Shown one piece after another: positions 27,058 through 39,762 of a stretch of DNA of 53,894 nt. Position numbers and translations under genes: made by a program. The notes beneath the pieces are model-generated. The model was not told the DNA's origin. It did not search any database and worked only from the letters and a program-made list of their open reading frames with translations. Every line of letters starts with the position of its first letter. Position 1 is the stretch's first letter. The DNA lies in assembly GCF_001194135.2 (NCBI RefSeq), contig NC_068986.1, positions 36,869,368-36,923,261 on the forward strand, read 5' to 3'. The DNA is from Octopus bimaculoides (taxonomy: Eukaryota).

Positions 27058-27433
27058 TGAGGGACTTCAGAAAGAGATTTCGCCGGAAATTGCCAGAACA
27101 CCAGGACTAGAACAATACACCAGTCCACAGTTCCAGCCTGGTAACCGTCTACTTGACAAGGACGGGCATCAAAACTCTCTCTCACCCTCCCTGCAGTTCA
27201 GTTCTTGCTCTCTGTGACTTTCGGTTGAAGAGGAAGTTGAAGGAGGCTGTGATAAGAGTCCTGGACACCTTCATTTTGGAGGACTTTCATGGGACCTTCA
27301 CGAAGTGGCTGGAGTGCTACAAGCGCATTGAAGTAAGAGGCACTTACTTTGAAGTAGATCGGAGTTTTTTAATTCTTGGAAATTAATAAATGTCTCTCTT
27401 GACAAAGTCTCAAAACTTCTGAAATGCACCTTG
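27058..27433 (+). mobile_element. mariner (DD34D-type) 3' fragment with TIR
   Basis: HQD*NNTPVH..HPPCSSVLALCDF and KWLECYKRIEVRGTYFE. Right TIR AGTCTCAAAACTTCTGAAATGCACCTTG followed by TA. Left boundary uncertain. Confidence 0.85.
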
Positions 27434-28676
27434 TATGTTCTTATATTTCCATTTATTTTAAGATATTATTTTACACCTCTATTCCTGGGCAATTTCATAA
27501 CTGTTTAACTCTTTAATTCTGTGTCTCAAAGCTATATGTTGGTTCAGGTATGTTTATATTTCACTGGTGATACGAATTGTACATTCCAGTATTATTTGTG
27601 TGCGTCTATTGTTTAACTTCGATTTACGTATGCTATGATTATAATTATTCTACAACCATCGTGTCTTTTTAAAAGTAACTAGGACCGCGTTATCGAATGA
27701 ATGTGCCCTTTCTATTTCAAGTCGATATCATGTGATCTGAAAGAGACTACACAGGTATTCCTAACAGTTCGAACAACTGCATAGAAGATCTATAGTTGGC
27801 TGCTAGTTTCTCATATCATTAAAGCGACTAATGTAGCGAATTACTAGGAAAAAGATTTCGACAAATGGATTGTGTGGGACTTTTTTCTACGCTACGAAGC
27901 CTCTGGGACGTTATTATTAATACGACCTTTTCAAAATACTGGCTGTGTGGTTAAGCAGTTCGCTTTCCAAGCAGTAGATTCAAGTTTGGTTCAACTGAGT
28001 GCCGCCTACTTTTTTCCTTGCATTTCTCTTGATGAAAGACAACCATTCGAAATGTTTCTTTCTTCCCACGTAAATTAAATAAACTTGTTTATATTTCTGG
28101 GGTTTTTTTCTTTCCTTTTTTTATATTTTGTTCCTGAAATATGTTCGATTTTAATGGCATGTTCTGACGCAAACCATCCACCAGATTGCCACTAAATTGA
28201 AATTACGGTAATGATGGAAAATATCCGGGAAAAATAACACCCCATCGTCAAGGATAGGACAATTTACACCATAGATCTGATGAATCAGGACCGATCTGTG
28301 GTTAAAACAAAAACTAATAATTGATAGAAGACAACGAATTTTATCATAGAAAATTATTCGTATTATTTTGCTTTTATTTCTCTTCCACTTATTGAGCTCC
28401 TTCTTGTTTTCTTTTCTTCCTTCTTTCTTTCTTGACAAATTTGATGTTTTCCTTTCACTGTCTTATTTTCATTGAAAAGAAGAGATATGAAAAAAAGATA
28501 ATTGTGATTCACAAAATGGAAATTAGTTAACCAGTCCCAGATGGTGATGTTTGACATAAGCAAAGATTCGGTTAAGGTCAAGGAGGTACGTGTGTGATCA
28601 TGTGATTACAACACTTAAAATCTATACATCATTTATTCAAAGGTCATCGATTATTTTATTACAATATATGTCTGTG

Positions 28677-28714
<38 letters not shown>

Positions 28715-29392
28715 TGAATGCATATATATGCATATTACGCAAACATATATATATATTCATACATACATATATACATTATATATATATATATTTATACATA
28801 CATGTATACATACATAAATACATACAAAGAAGATACGTATTCATATTCCTATGAGGTGAGTACGCATGAATAAGAGTACATGTAAGTGGAATACATACAC
28901 ACATACATACCTCTGTCTGTGCGTGCATGTGGGTAAGTATATATACACGTTTGTTTGTATCTGAATGTATGAATGTATGCATTTATTTATATATACATAT
29001 ATGTATGTATTGTGTGTGCGTGTATGTGTGTGCGCATGCTCTTAAAGTATAAACAGTATATATTCTATGATACGTACAGCAAAGAACAAAATCTAAAGAA
29101 AAATTATAATATAAAGCAATTTATTGGCCATAATATTTGAAAATATGATATCTTACTGAATCTAACAACATTGAAAACGATATATCAATATAATATCCCT
29201 GAGTTTCATTAGCAGGCAACAGATGAAAATAGTTATAAACGGTATTTCACGAAAACCAGCACTGGTAACATTAGCAAACTGAGACTTCTGGGCAATTATG
29301 GTACGGTTTCGAATACTTCGTGCTTGAAATTTTAAGGGAGTATCTTTCAATTTTCAAAGCATTAAACGCTAATTACCACAGGACATCATCTT

Positions 29393-29640
29393 CTCTCTTT
29401 TGCTTGTTTCAATCATTTGACTACGGTCAGAATGGAGCACCATCTTGAAGAATTCTCGTCGAACGAATCAAACCTTGTACGTATTATATTTGTCAGACTT
29501 CGCATTTATCTATTGGTTTCTGTTGCCGAACCGTTACCTTACGGTGGCGTAAACGAACCAACACTTGTCGTCAAGCGGTGGTGAGGGACAAACGCAGGTA
29601 CAAAGATACACGCATAAATACACAAACACGCACACACATA
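29393..29640 (-). mobile_element. SINE family A, 3' half
   Basis: CTTGTTTCAATCATTTGACT, GCCGAACCGTTA and GTCAAGCGGTGGTGAGGGACAAAC. Confidence 0.8.
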
Positions 29641-30076
29641 TGTTGAAAATAGGGGAAAATTTTATCATAGCATGTTGCAATGCAATAAAGTTCCCTGGTG
29701 ATCAGTTGTGGTTAAGCAACCAATTACACTGGAAATATCCAATGCAGAGTTCTAAGCAATCATAATGATGCAACATGCGTAGGAACAGATGATATACACT
29801 TATGTTTATCGTAATTTTATCCAAGATTTGTTCTGTTTGCCATAACTAATAATAGTAGCTTAACCACTACGCTGGAAGCAGACAGTATGATCATAGTCTA
29901 TGTGAACCTCTAACCTTCACAGTAACAGACGTACATTTAATTTTACTCAGAAGATATGCACATGCATATACGTTTATGTAGGTATGTATTTTTATGTATA
30001 TATAATTATGTGGTAATGCTTCAGCAAATAGAAAAGCATAAAAGCACTCGATCAGCTAAGAGAGTAAAGATTATAC

Positions 30077-30110
<34 letters not shown>

Positions 30111-30960
30111 TACACCTACATGTTATACGCTTATATATGTATGTGTACATATATGTGTGGGGAGGTGTACAGATGTGCCTATTTATTTATGTATGTATAC
30201 GCATATGCAACATGTGTATGTGTTTATGTTTTTATACGTATACATATATATCTGTACACATACGTGTGAGTGCGTTTCTTTTTCTTTTCCATTTTTACAT
30301 GAAATTGATTTCAGATGTAGATTATCAATGGAGTTTACACAGTGAGAACATAATTTAACTGAGAGTGATAAGTCTGCACGCGAGCGTGTGTGTGTGTGTG
30401 TGTGTGAAGTAGTGAGATTTAACCGTTCCGAAGAAAGGCAGCAAATATAACTCAGAGTCAGAATCAGTTACAGATATTTACAGATATTTAACATTGATTT
30501 GATATGAGCAATCTGGCCATTTTATGGACATTAGGAGAGCTTCTCTGATAACGCTTACCTCGCAAAAATATAGCACAAAAAGAAGAAAGCAAAAATGAAA
30601 GCAAGGTGAAAATATGGATATTAAACAATCCGATATTTCACATGCTGATTTTTCTACTTATGTGTACATGTGTACAAACATGCATATATATACATGTGCA
30701 TATATATATACATATATATGCATATATATACATGTGCATATATATACATGTAAATGCATATATATAAATGTGCATATATATACATATGTATAAATGCATG
30801 CACGCGAGCGCGTGCATGCAGCTATATGTATATAGCGATCTATCGTAATTTCTTATACGTGTACAGTGTTAAATAGTACAAAAATATATCAGTAACAGAC
30901 GAAAATCATCCAGCTGCGGCACTGACCTTGCTAAATGGGCACAGCGATTTGACGTATTAT

Positions 30961-31173
30961 TTTCTACTCTAGGCACAAGGCCCGAAATTTGGGGGAAGGA
31001 GACCAGTCAATTAGATCGAGCCCAGTTCACAACTGGTACTTAATTTATCGATCTCGAGAGGATGAAAGGCAAAGTCGACCTCGGCGGAATTTGAACTCAG
31101 AACGTAAAGTCAGACGAAATACCGCTAAGCATTTCACCCGGTGTGCTAAAGTTTCTGCCAGCAAGCCGCCTTA
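30961..31173 (-). mobile_element. SINE family B (tail variant AGGCACAAGGCCCGAAATTT)
   Basis: Well-preserved head and central domain, collinear with 39104-39336. Confidence 0.9.
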
Positions 31174-31241
31174 GCGATTTGAAATATTGCCTGATATATA
31201 ATCCACCTAAAATCATACATGTAGGTAGGTAGGTATTGCAT

Positions 31242-31287
<46 letters not shown>

Positions 31288-31300
31288 TGTGTGTGTGAAA

Positions 31301-32065
31301 GTAGTGAGTAAAGGAAGATTTTGCACAATAGAGTTGAATGCCTCACTGTTTCTGGGGTTGTATGTTGATATAAATAGTAGTGTTTTGAGATGAGTTGTGG
31401 TGTTATGTTTTGTTGTTCTTAGTGCTGTTATGTCTAATTTTTTGGCACGTTTAATTCCCTCGTCTACAAGTGAGGGTAGATATTGTCTTTCAGTAAGTGT
31501 TGTTTTGAGGTCTTGAAGACGAAGCTCCTGAGTTGTTCTATCAGATACTATTGTGCAAATTCTTTTTGCCAAATTGAAAATATCCCTTGAAAATAAATAT
31601 CTCTTGAAAATAAATATCCCTTGAAAATAAATATCCCTTTTTACTAACTAGAGATCCAAAAATGAACGACATCCTGAAAACGCACAAACTCATCAAATGT
31701 AAAAATCAGCACAAATCGCTAAAGAGGCTACTAACAAATGCGAAGCTCTACAAAAAAACCACGAAACCAACAGTTAAAAAATGTGGACGCTCAAACTGTG
31801 GAACCTGCCCCAACTTACTTGAAAGCTCTGATTTCCTTTTCAAACATGGACAGAGGTTCACAATTAAAACTAGCTTCACTTGTGCCTCTGAGAACCTAAT
31901 TTATGTAATAACCTGCTCGGGTTGCGGACATAACTATATTGGACAAACGAGTATGACCTTGAGAAGGAGAACCACTCTACATAAAGAGCAAATCCGTTTC
32001 CCGCATTACAGGCAAATTCCTCTCAGTGAACATATAGAAAAATGTGCAGATAACATCAAACCAAA
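31301..32065 (+). mobile_element. Penelope-like element fragment with GIY-YIG endonuclease and inverted 5' segment
   Basis: Plus-strand ORF 31662-32075 has CGRSNCGTC, FTCASENLIYVITCSGCGHNYIGQT and LRRRTTLH..QI. The RT-EN linker (LAKRICTIVS...FISTYNPRN...QNLPLLT) lies on the minus strand at 31301-31586. Confidence 0.92.
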
Positions 32066-32287
32066 AAACACTTAACTTGGAACCAATATTGCAGCGATGA
32101 TGACGTAATATCTACTGTTGATGACTATTTTTGACCAACAAGATGAAAGCTTATTCACTAATGCGATCCAAGCACTGCAAGACCGATAGGAGAAGTATAT
32201 GGACAACAAGAGGGACTACGTTTAAAAATTTGGTCACATTCCTTAAAACTATCTTGGTCAACTTATGAACTTTTCAGTCGACCCTTG
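32063..32287 (+). mobile_element. mariner 3' end with TIR
   Basis: KKHLTWNQYCSDDDVISTVDD..DQQDESLFTNAIQALQDR*EK...DYV. Ends TATGAACTTTTCAGTCGACCCTTG followed by TA. Confidence 0.85.
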
Positions 32288-32548
32288 TATATTAGACGCA
32301 GCTGCTACAAGTTTACGCTGCTTATCCGTCCACTTTGATAAACTATTTAGTTTAATTTCCATTCCTCACATACAGTATGATTGATGTATTTCCTTTTATC
32401 AAGTCCTTCTACCCCATCCCAGCTTTCTCATTATTTCGTTTCATATATCCCATGTGCAGCTGGTCGGAGACATCTTATATTGTCTAACTGACCCTCACGG
32501 CATTTCTATCTTCTCTTTTCTTTCCATTCTTTTACTCTTGTTTCTTTG

Positions 32549-32594
<46 letters not shown>

Positions 32595-32891
32595 NNNNNN
32601 NNNNCTATCTATCTATCTATCTATCTCTCACCACAATCATCATTGCCACCTATTTCCATCTCTCCATCTCTAACCACGTCTCTGGCTATGTTTCCTTTCA
32701 CTTTACTAAAATATTTACTCCTCTTCTTTTCACGTTTTCTTTTCCATCTTCTCTACCTACATCTGTATCTCTCATCACACCTCTGTATTGCTTCCTTATC
32801 TCTAACTTATCAACCCTAATGTTTATATAAACACTACTTATGATACATTTGCCGTTAGTCTTCTGAACAAAATGTCGTGAACTTGCCACAG

Positions 32892-32947
32892 ATGCTACGC
32901 AGTCATCAAGATACATGCTAGTTGATGCTATCTTTGCTTATAAATTT
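32892..32947 (+). CDS. Candidate 56-nt internal exon (ATQSSRYMLVDAIFAYKF)
   Basis: CTTGCCACAG acceptor, one open frame and donor GTAAGT at 32948. No homology recognised. Confidence 0.2.
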
Positions 32948-33142
32948 GTAAGTTTTACACCTATCTACATAATTTTCATTATCATATCAATTATTCACTG
33001 ATCATTTGAAACAGCTGCACAGACAAGACCTACTTTGATCATATAAGCAATATTTTTTTCATATAAATATATTCCTTACACCTTGTCAGTTGTTCCTATA
33101 TATACATATACATACACGCACGCACACTCACACATATAAGTA

Positions 33143-33575
33143 TCTCTTTTACTCTTTTACTCTTTTACTCTTTTACTTGTTTCAGTCATTTGACTGTGGC
33201 CATGCTGGGGCACCGCCTTTAGTCGAGCAAATTGACCCCAGGACTTATTCTTTGTAAGCCAAGTACTTATTCTATCGGTTCTCTTTTGCCGAACCGCTAA
33301 GTTACGGGGATGTAAACGCACCACCATCGGTTGTCAAGCGATGTTCGGGGGACAAACACAGACACACAAACATATACACACACATACATATATACATATA
33401 TATATATATGTGACAGGCTTCTTTCAGTTTCCGTCTACCAAATCCACTCACAAGGCTTTGGTCGGCCCGAGGCTATAGCAGAAGACACTTGCCCAAGGTG
33501 CCATGCAGTGGGACTGACCTCGGAACCATGTGGTTGGTAAGCAAGCTACTTACCACACAGCCACTCCTGCGCCTA
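33143..33575 (-). mobile_element. SINE family A, full length (tRNA head, CORE-like CCTTGGGCAAGTGTCTTCT, internal microsatellite, (GTAAAAGA)n tail)
   Basis: Best-preserved copy: A box GTGGCTGTGTGGTAAG, CORE-like block and repeated tail unit. Confidence 0.92.
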
Positions 33576-34328
33576 TATATATTACATTTAGTACATATAC
33601 ATGCATATATACATATGTGTGCGTGCATGCATGCATATCTATTATTTGTGTGTATACAGAAATATTGTTTGTGTGTATACAGAGAGGAGGTAAAATTGCG
33701 AGTATGTGGTTTTAGCAAACCCATTTTGAGCCTCATTGTGAAAATATACACTGTGGTTAAAACAGGATTTTTTTTTCACTGTAACCAGAAAAATTAGATT
33801 GTTCTTGCTAGTTTCAAAATTTATTACTGCTTCCTGAGCGACCGTTTAGTCTTCTTTCTTTCTGACCACAAAGAGAACAATCATTTATAGCTAGTTATAT
33901 TAAACAAAAATCTCTTGCAGAACTAGATAAATTGATCTGTCTAGCATGCATAAAAGTGAAAACGTTGACAATGAAAACTTTATTTATCATTTAATTGTAA
34001 TAAGAAAAGTACAGCGTTGGAATATTTCATTTAAAGCGCTATTTCATATACTAATTATTCATACTCTTTTACATACGTCAGATAGAATATAACCTATTTT
34101 TGCTTTCAGTGGGGAGAAGAGGAGCCGATTACTCTCTGATGAAGCAATGATAATAACCGAAACTATTCGCATCAATCTCCTTTTCCTGGGCATAAAAACA
34201 AATCGCGTGGTTTAAACACGGAATCTATTTTTCACAAGGATGCTTAGTGTGTATATTTATTAAAGACATGCGCTCTACAATCAACGTACTGCCCCTATCT
34301 TAATATTGCTCCACCTTTTAGAGCTAAT

Positions 34329-34332
<4 letters not shown>

Positions 34333-34377
<45 letters not shown>

Positions 34378-34507
34378 CACACATACACGTACGCACACAC
34401 ACAAACATGCGCACAAACACACACGTATGTATGTATGTATGTATGTTTGTGTGTGCATGTGTATAAGTAAACATATATATCTTTTCTTTCAATTTTTCTT
34501 CCATTCC

Positions 34508-34548
<41 letters not shown>

Positions 34549-34621
34549 CATACACACATACATACACACATATATAAATATATATATATTTATATATATA
34601 CATATATATATACATATATAA

Positions 34622-34652
<31 letters not shown>

Positions 34653-35120
34653 CGTATGTATATGAGATAAAAGAGAAGGAAGAAAAGATGAAAGAAAAAA
34701 ACGTAGGAAGACGGACGGGAAATATAAAAGAAAAAATTAAAATCAATTGATTAGTATGGCCAAAATTCATTTTGAGATTCACGATATTATAAGTGAATTT
34801 CCTTGGGGAAATTTCATAAGTATTTGACAAGAAAAAGAGTGTCAGCTATTTTGGGGTGGTACGCAATCTAATATTTTTGCTCAATAATATGTGTATGTCT
34901 ATATGTACGTGGGTGAACAGTGACACGTGGAGGTACTTAAAGTTAGGGTGAGATAGAGTTAGTAAAACAAGACAGTGGACATATGTATGCATGTATGTAT
35001 GTACGTATCTATGTATGTATGTATGTATGTATGTGGGTACGAGATTAAAAATACATAGACACATATAAATGTAGAGAGAAAAAATGCTAGGCAATCAGGG
35101 ACGGTAGAAATGGATGGATT

Positions 35121-35162
<42 letters not shown>

Positions 35163-35462
35163 TATGTGTGTGTGTGTGTATGTGAGTGTATTATGGATAG
35201 CTGTTTATGTAGATGAACGGGTAGATAAACACATGCATACATACATTCATTCATATATACGTGTATGTGAGTGCCTGTGTTTCAGTATGTATGCACTCGT
35301 ACGTATCTCCACATATGTATGTGCGCGTGCGTGTCTCCACATATGTATGTGCGCGTGCGTATTTAGAGATTAGTTCCTATCTTGATCATTCTGTATTTCG
35401 TACAATAAACGTATATGTATATGTGTGTGTGAGTACGTATGCATATATGTATATTATGTGTA

Positions 35463-35519
<57 letters not shown>

Positions 35520-35588
35520 TATATAAATATATATATAATGTACGTACATATATATATGAATATATATGTATATATATATATATGTATT

Positions 35589-35623
<35 letters not shown>

Positions 35624-35625
35624 AG
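34333..35625. repeat. Compound microsatellite blocks ((CA)n, (TA)n, (TATG)n) with short unique spacers
   Basis: Directly visible. Confidence 0.9.
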
Positions 35626-36113
35626 AGAGAGGGGCAAGATTAATTCTTACACATATTTCTACAAGTTCTTTCGGTAAGTGGTTAAATTATTTTTGTCAGT
35701 CTCGACCTTCCATTAGTGTTTTAAAAGCTATCGATCATCTGTCATCAATTAAAAATGAACTCTTGAAGGAGGATAAAGATAAACGCGAAAATGGTTTGCA
35801 ATGTTCTCCTCCGTTGAAATGCAAATTTCTGCTTTTTGTAGTCAAGTGATATTTTTAATTGATGCAAATTAACATCTGTCCCCAAGTCAGCAATGAATGA
35901 TTAGACTCATGATCAAAAGCGTTTCAGTGATGGCCTTTTGTATATTTTATTCGGCGTATCTGTCACTATTTTTCCAACGTGTTCTACGTTCTTAAGACAC
36001 TATGGTGGGATTTGAGAATGATTCGACTGCTATAGATCCTTCCTTGTTTCCAAAACAACAATACAGGGATCCAGTTCGATAAGGCTCTCTGCTCGGTTTT
36101 TATCCTACATATA

Positions 36114-36600
36114 CAAGGTGTTATCAAAAAGTTTCCGGATTAGCTCTGTAGCGCGCCAACAGATGGCAGCACACGGTTGCGTGCGCAATTGGGAGTGACA
36201 TTCATGAAGCAGTGTGCCGAGTGACATCGCTGTATTTACTTCGCAAGCTGTGAAATTTGTATTTTTGTGCTCATGTGTATGTTGTAGTCTGCAATTTTGT
36301 CATGGACAGGAAGTTGAAACAAAAGGCCCACGTGAAATTTTGTATTAAACTTGGGAGTTCTGCTAGAGGGAGACATTGAGCATGCTTCGGAAAGCTTACA
36401 CCAACGAAGTAATGGGAAGCAATGGGTCGTACATAATCTTTCAAGTGGCACGAGTGCTTCAAAAGCGGGAGAACGTCCCTGGAAGACGGTGAGTTATCTG
36501 GAAGACCTGTCACGAGCGACAGCCCCGGAAATGAGGAGAAAATTCATCAGCTTGTGTAAGAGAATCGTCATGGGACAATAAACGACATTGCTATTGTTGT
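36114..36600 (+). mobile_element. mariner 5' fragment (TIR, 5' UTR, HTH domain)
   Basis: TA+CAAGGTGTTATCAAAAAGTTTCCGGA, then MDRKLKQKAHVKFCIKLG and FKWHECFKSGRTSLED..SGRP. Confidence 0.88.
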
Positions 36601-36848
36601 TGCAGTGGAACTGCGTCAGTGACCACATTGTGCTGTGCAAATGTTATCACCTCATGAAGTAGCTTAAACGGTAATTGAGCAGAGATATTTATTAGTAAAT
36701 GGTTATAATTGATTTGTCCACGGTATAATTGCTTCAGTGTTAACACACGAAGAAAAGATAAAGTGACTTGCTAGACAAGCACAACTTTGAAAGAGAAAAA
36801 TTCATATCTATACATACACAGATACGCACGCATATATGTGTTTGTGTG

Positions 36849-37020
36849 TATACGACGAGCTTCTTTCAGTTTCCATCTACCAAATTCACTGAGAAGGGTG
36901 TGGTCGGCCCGAGGCTATAGTATAAAACACTTACCCAAGATGACACGCAGTGGGATTGAACCCGGAATCATGTGGTTGGAAATCAAGTTTCTTACTACAC
37001 AGCCTTGCCTGCACCTATGC
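36849..37020 (-). mobile_element. SINE family A, head and CORE part
   Basis: CTTCTTTCAGTTTCCATCTACCAAAT and CAGTGGGATTGAACCCGGAATCATGTGG. Confidence 0.85.
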
Positions 37021-37023
37021 CAT

Positions 37024-37098
<75 letters not shown>

Positions 37099-37829
37099 TT
37101 AATGTATTTAATTTTTTAACACTCTTCAACTTATGCGAGTTTAAGATATGAGTGTGTGTGCGCGCGCGCGTGCGTGTGCATATGCCTGTGTATGTTTGTA
37201 TAGAGAGTATCTAAAGTATAAATGATTGGATATTTCTGAAGTATGCTAAGACCGTAATCGAACATTCTTATTTATTTTCTTTCAAATGTCATAAGTGTTC
37301 TCCTACTAACTTGATTTGTTTAGCAAGTTCCTCGATCATTCACCAAGCTCAATTAATACCTAAATCTTGTATTAATTCGTGATATTTTCTGACCCACATG
37401 ATAATTCCCCGTTGTCTATTATTATCACAAATGTGTTACAATAGCAAAATAAAACTACAATGTAATTCAAAGTCGCCATTATTGTCAACACTCTCCTTAA
37501 TTGCTGCAGCAATATTACAATGGTTTTATTGTCGTTCTGCGGCTTTTATATTTGACCAACCTATATTTAGTCATACGAGATTGCATATTTATGTCTTGTA
37601 CAAATATATACAAGTTTATTAGCCAACGAACCGAATCTCTCCCTCAAATCAATTCTTATTCAGTGCCTCCGTCGGTGAAGGTTAGCCACCTGCACATGTG
37701 TGTGCTGACTTGGACATGGTATTTTTAGAAAGATTAGCAGTTGCCCATACATGTAGGCCACTCGTCTCCACAGCACTGGTGTTTTTTTAAGAGGATGGCT
37801 ACCGAATTAGACCGATACAGCGTCATTCC

Positions 37830-38062
37830 AATGTTTCCACGGGCATTACTTTCAAAACACGAAGACCGGAAGCAGATATAGCGCAAGGTATCTTAACCGT
37901 CCTTCTAAGAGTTTTGCAATTTCACCGCTCTTGAATCTCTCATTTCTATTGATCTCGAATAGAAGAAAGGTGAAGTTGACATCAGTGGGACTTCAACTCA
38001 GCGAGTAGAATCTCAGAACAAATAGCTCGTGATTTCCTGTCCGGCACTGTAACGATTCTGCC
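37830..38062 (-). mobile_element. Two tandem decayed family B heads
   Basis: GAAAGGTGAAGTTGAC..GGACTTCAACTCAG and GTAACGATTCTGCC. Confidence 0.55.
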
Positions 38063-38070
38063 TATTCATA

Positions 38071-38309
38071 TAAGTAGATTTGGTTGACGGAAACTGAAAG
38101 TAGCCCGTCGTATATATGTGTGGAGGGTATATATGTGTGGAGGGTATATATGTGTGTGTGTGGTGGAGTATGTGTCTGCTTGTGTGCGTGTGTGTGTGTG
38201 TCTTTGTGTCTGTGTTTGTCCCCTACCGCCGCTTGACAACTGCCACTGGTGTGTTTACGTCCCTGTAACATTAGTAGCTCGGCAAAAGAGACCAGTAGAA
38301 TAAGTACCA
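38071..38309 (+). repeat. SINE family A body; local duplicate of 39439-39656
   Basis: Shares non-consensus bases with the 39439 copy that the other in-window copies lack. Confidence 0.85.
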
Positions 38310-38445
38310 TCCATCTCGTTCTTTGTCTACCCCTAGGTTTCCTGCCGGTTGCTTTGGCTTGAAGAAACTGCTTTCTGATTCTTTTAGTGAATCTCTGATC
38401 TAAGAAAATTGTTTTATACAATCCAGTCTGAATAACGTCGAGTTT
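38307..38445 (-). mobile_element. RTE-clade LINE ORF2 C-terminal fragment
   Basis: KQFLQAKATGRKPRGRQRTRW, the typical RTE G.R.RGR.R.RW motif. Confidence 0.65.
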
Positions 38446-38479
38446 TTTTTTTTTAATGAATGATGTTTCATTTACATGC

Positions 38480-38570
38480 AAGCATACATACATACGTACG
38501 TACATACATATATACATACATACACGCACACACACATATACATACATACATACAAACATACATACATACG

Positions 38571-38658
<88 letters not shown>
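38480..38658. repeat. (CATA)n plus long (CA)n microsatellite
   Basis: Directly visible. Confidence 0.97.
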
Positions 38659-38661
<3 letters not shown>

Positions 38662-39067
38662 TAAACTTCCTAAATAACGGAAACCTCAGGGATTTGAAAT
38701 GACGTTATTCTGAATTTTCCGTTGTCTTGGCAGTCTCTTTTAATGTATTTCTTGCCGCAAATAAATGTTGTATAGCAAATAAAAAAAGAGAGAAACTCAC
38801 TAATAAATACCATTTATTCGATAGCAGAAGGAATTTTGGCAAAACAGGAACATTTCAAAATATTTTTTATTAAAAAGCAATAGTTTTTTTTTTCCAAAAT
38901 TGTAGAATCGGACGTAAACAAATTAGTGAGTTTCCAACAGTTTATTTTTTATTCGTAACATAAAAAATGCTAGTGATGAATCATGTCTGAGTTAAATCGC
39001 CTTAAACATACATTTTCAAAATGTCCTCTACGTCTGCACTTCTGCTCTTAACACTACCACAAAAGTA

Positions 39068-39762
39068 TGCAGGCGTAAGCGTGGCTGTGTGGTAAGAAGC
39101 TTGGTAAGGCGGTGAGCTGGCAGAAACGTTAGCACGCCGGGCGTAATGCTCAGCGGTATTTCGTCTGCCGCTACGTTCTGAGTTCAAATTCCGCCGAGGT
39201 CGACTTTACCTTTCATCCTTTTGGGATCGATTAAATAAGTACCAATTACGCACTGGTGTCGATATAATCGACTTAATCCGTTTGTCTGTCCTTGTTTGTC
39301 CCCTCTGTGTGTAGCCTCTTGTGGGCAGTAAAGAAATAAGAAGCTTGCTTTCCAGCTACATGGTTCCGGGCTCAGTCCTACTACGTAGCACCTTGGACAA
39401 GTGTCTTCTACTATAGCCTCAGGCAAATCAATACTTTGTAAGTAGATTTAGTTGACGGAAACTGAAAGTAGCCCGTCGTATATATGTGTGGGGGGGCATA
39501 TGTGTGTATGGTGGGGTATGTGTCTGCTTGTGTGTGTGTGTGTGTGTCTTTGTGTCTGTGTTTGTCCCCTACCGCCGCTTGACAACCGCCGCTGGTGTGT
39601 TTACGTCCCTGTAACATTAGTAGCTCGGCAAAAGAGACCAGTAGAATAAGGTACCAGGTTTAAAAAATAAGTGCCGGGGCTGATTCATTGACTAAAATAT
39701 TCGCTTAGGTGGTGCTCCAGCATAGCCAAAGTTTAATGTCTAAAACAAGTAAAACATAAAAG
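39068..39762 (+). mobile_element. SINE family A, full length, interrupted by a family B insertion
   Basis: Head GTGGCTGTGTGGTAAGAAGCTTG resumes after the insert as CTTTCCAGCTACATGGTTCCGGG. Tail CCAGCATAGCC..AAACAAGTAAAA. Confidence 0.9.
39104..39336 (+). mobile_element. SINE family B, young full-length copy with 11-bp TSD
   Basis: TAAGAAGCTTG at 39093-39103 and 39337-39347. Intact head GGCGGTGAGCTGGCAGAAACGTTAGC..GAGTTCAAATTCC and central TTTCATCCTTTTGGGATCGATTAAATAAGTACC. Confidence 0.93.

Noticed and set aside
28151-28438. Minus-strand acceptor-like TTTTAACCACAG with ORF SVLIHQIYGVNCP
   Set aside because: No convincing donor, and no recognisable protein.
30400-31308. GTGTGTGAA(A)GTAGTGAG occurring at 30400 and at the PLE left edge, a possible TSD
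   Set aside because: Both copies lie on the same side of the element and half the match is microsatellite.
31575-31640. Short direct repeats that could suggest CRISPR (also the 11-mers at 43563-43606 and 18-mers at 3653-3690)
   Set aside because: Tandem units with no spacers, no cas genes and a eukaryotic context.
35645-35680. 8-nt AG/GTAAGT micro-exon candidate
   Set aside because: Frame-shifting length, and such motifs are expected by chance.
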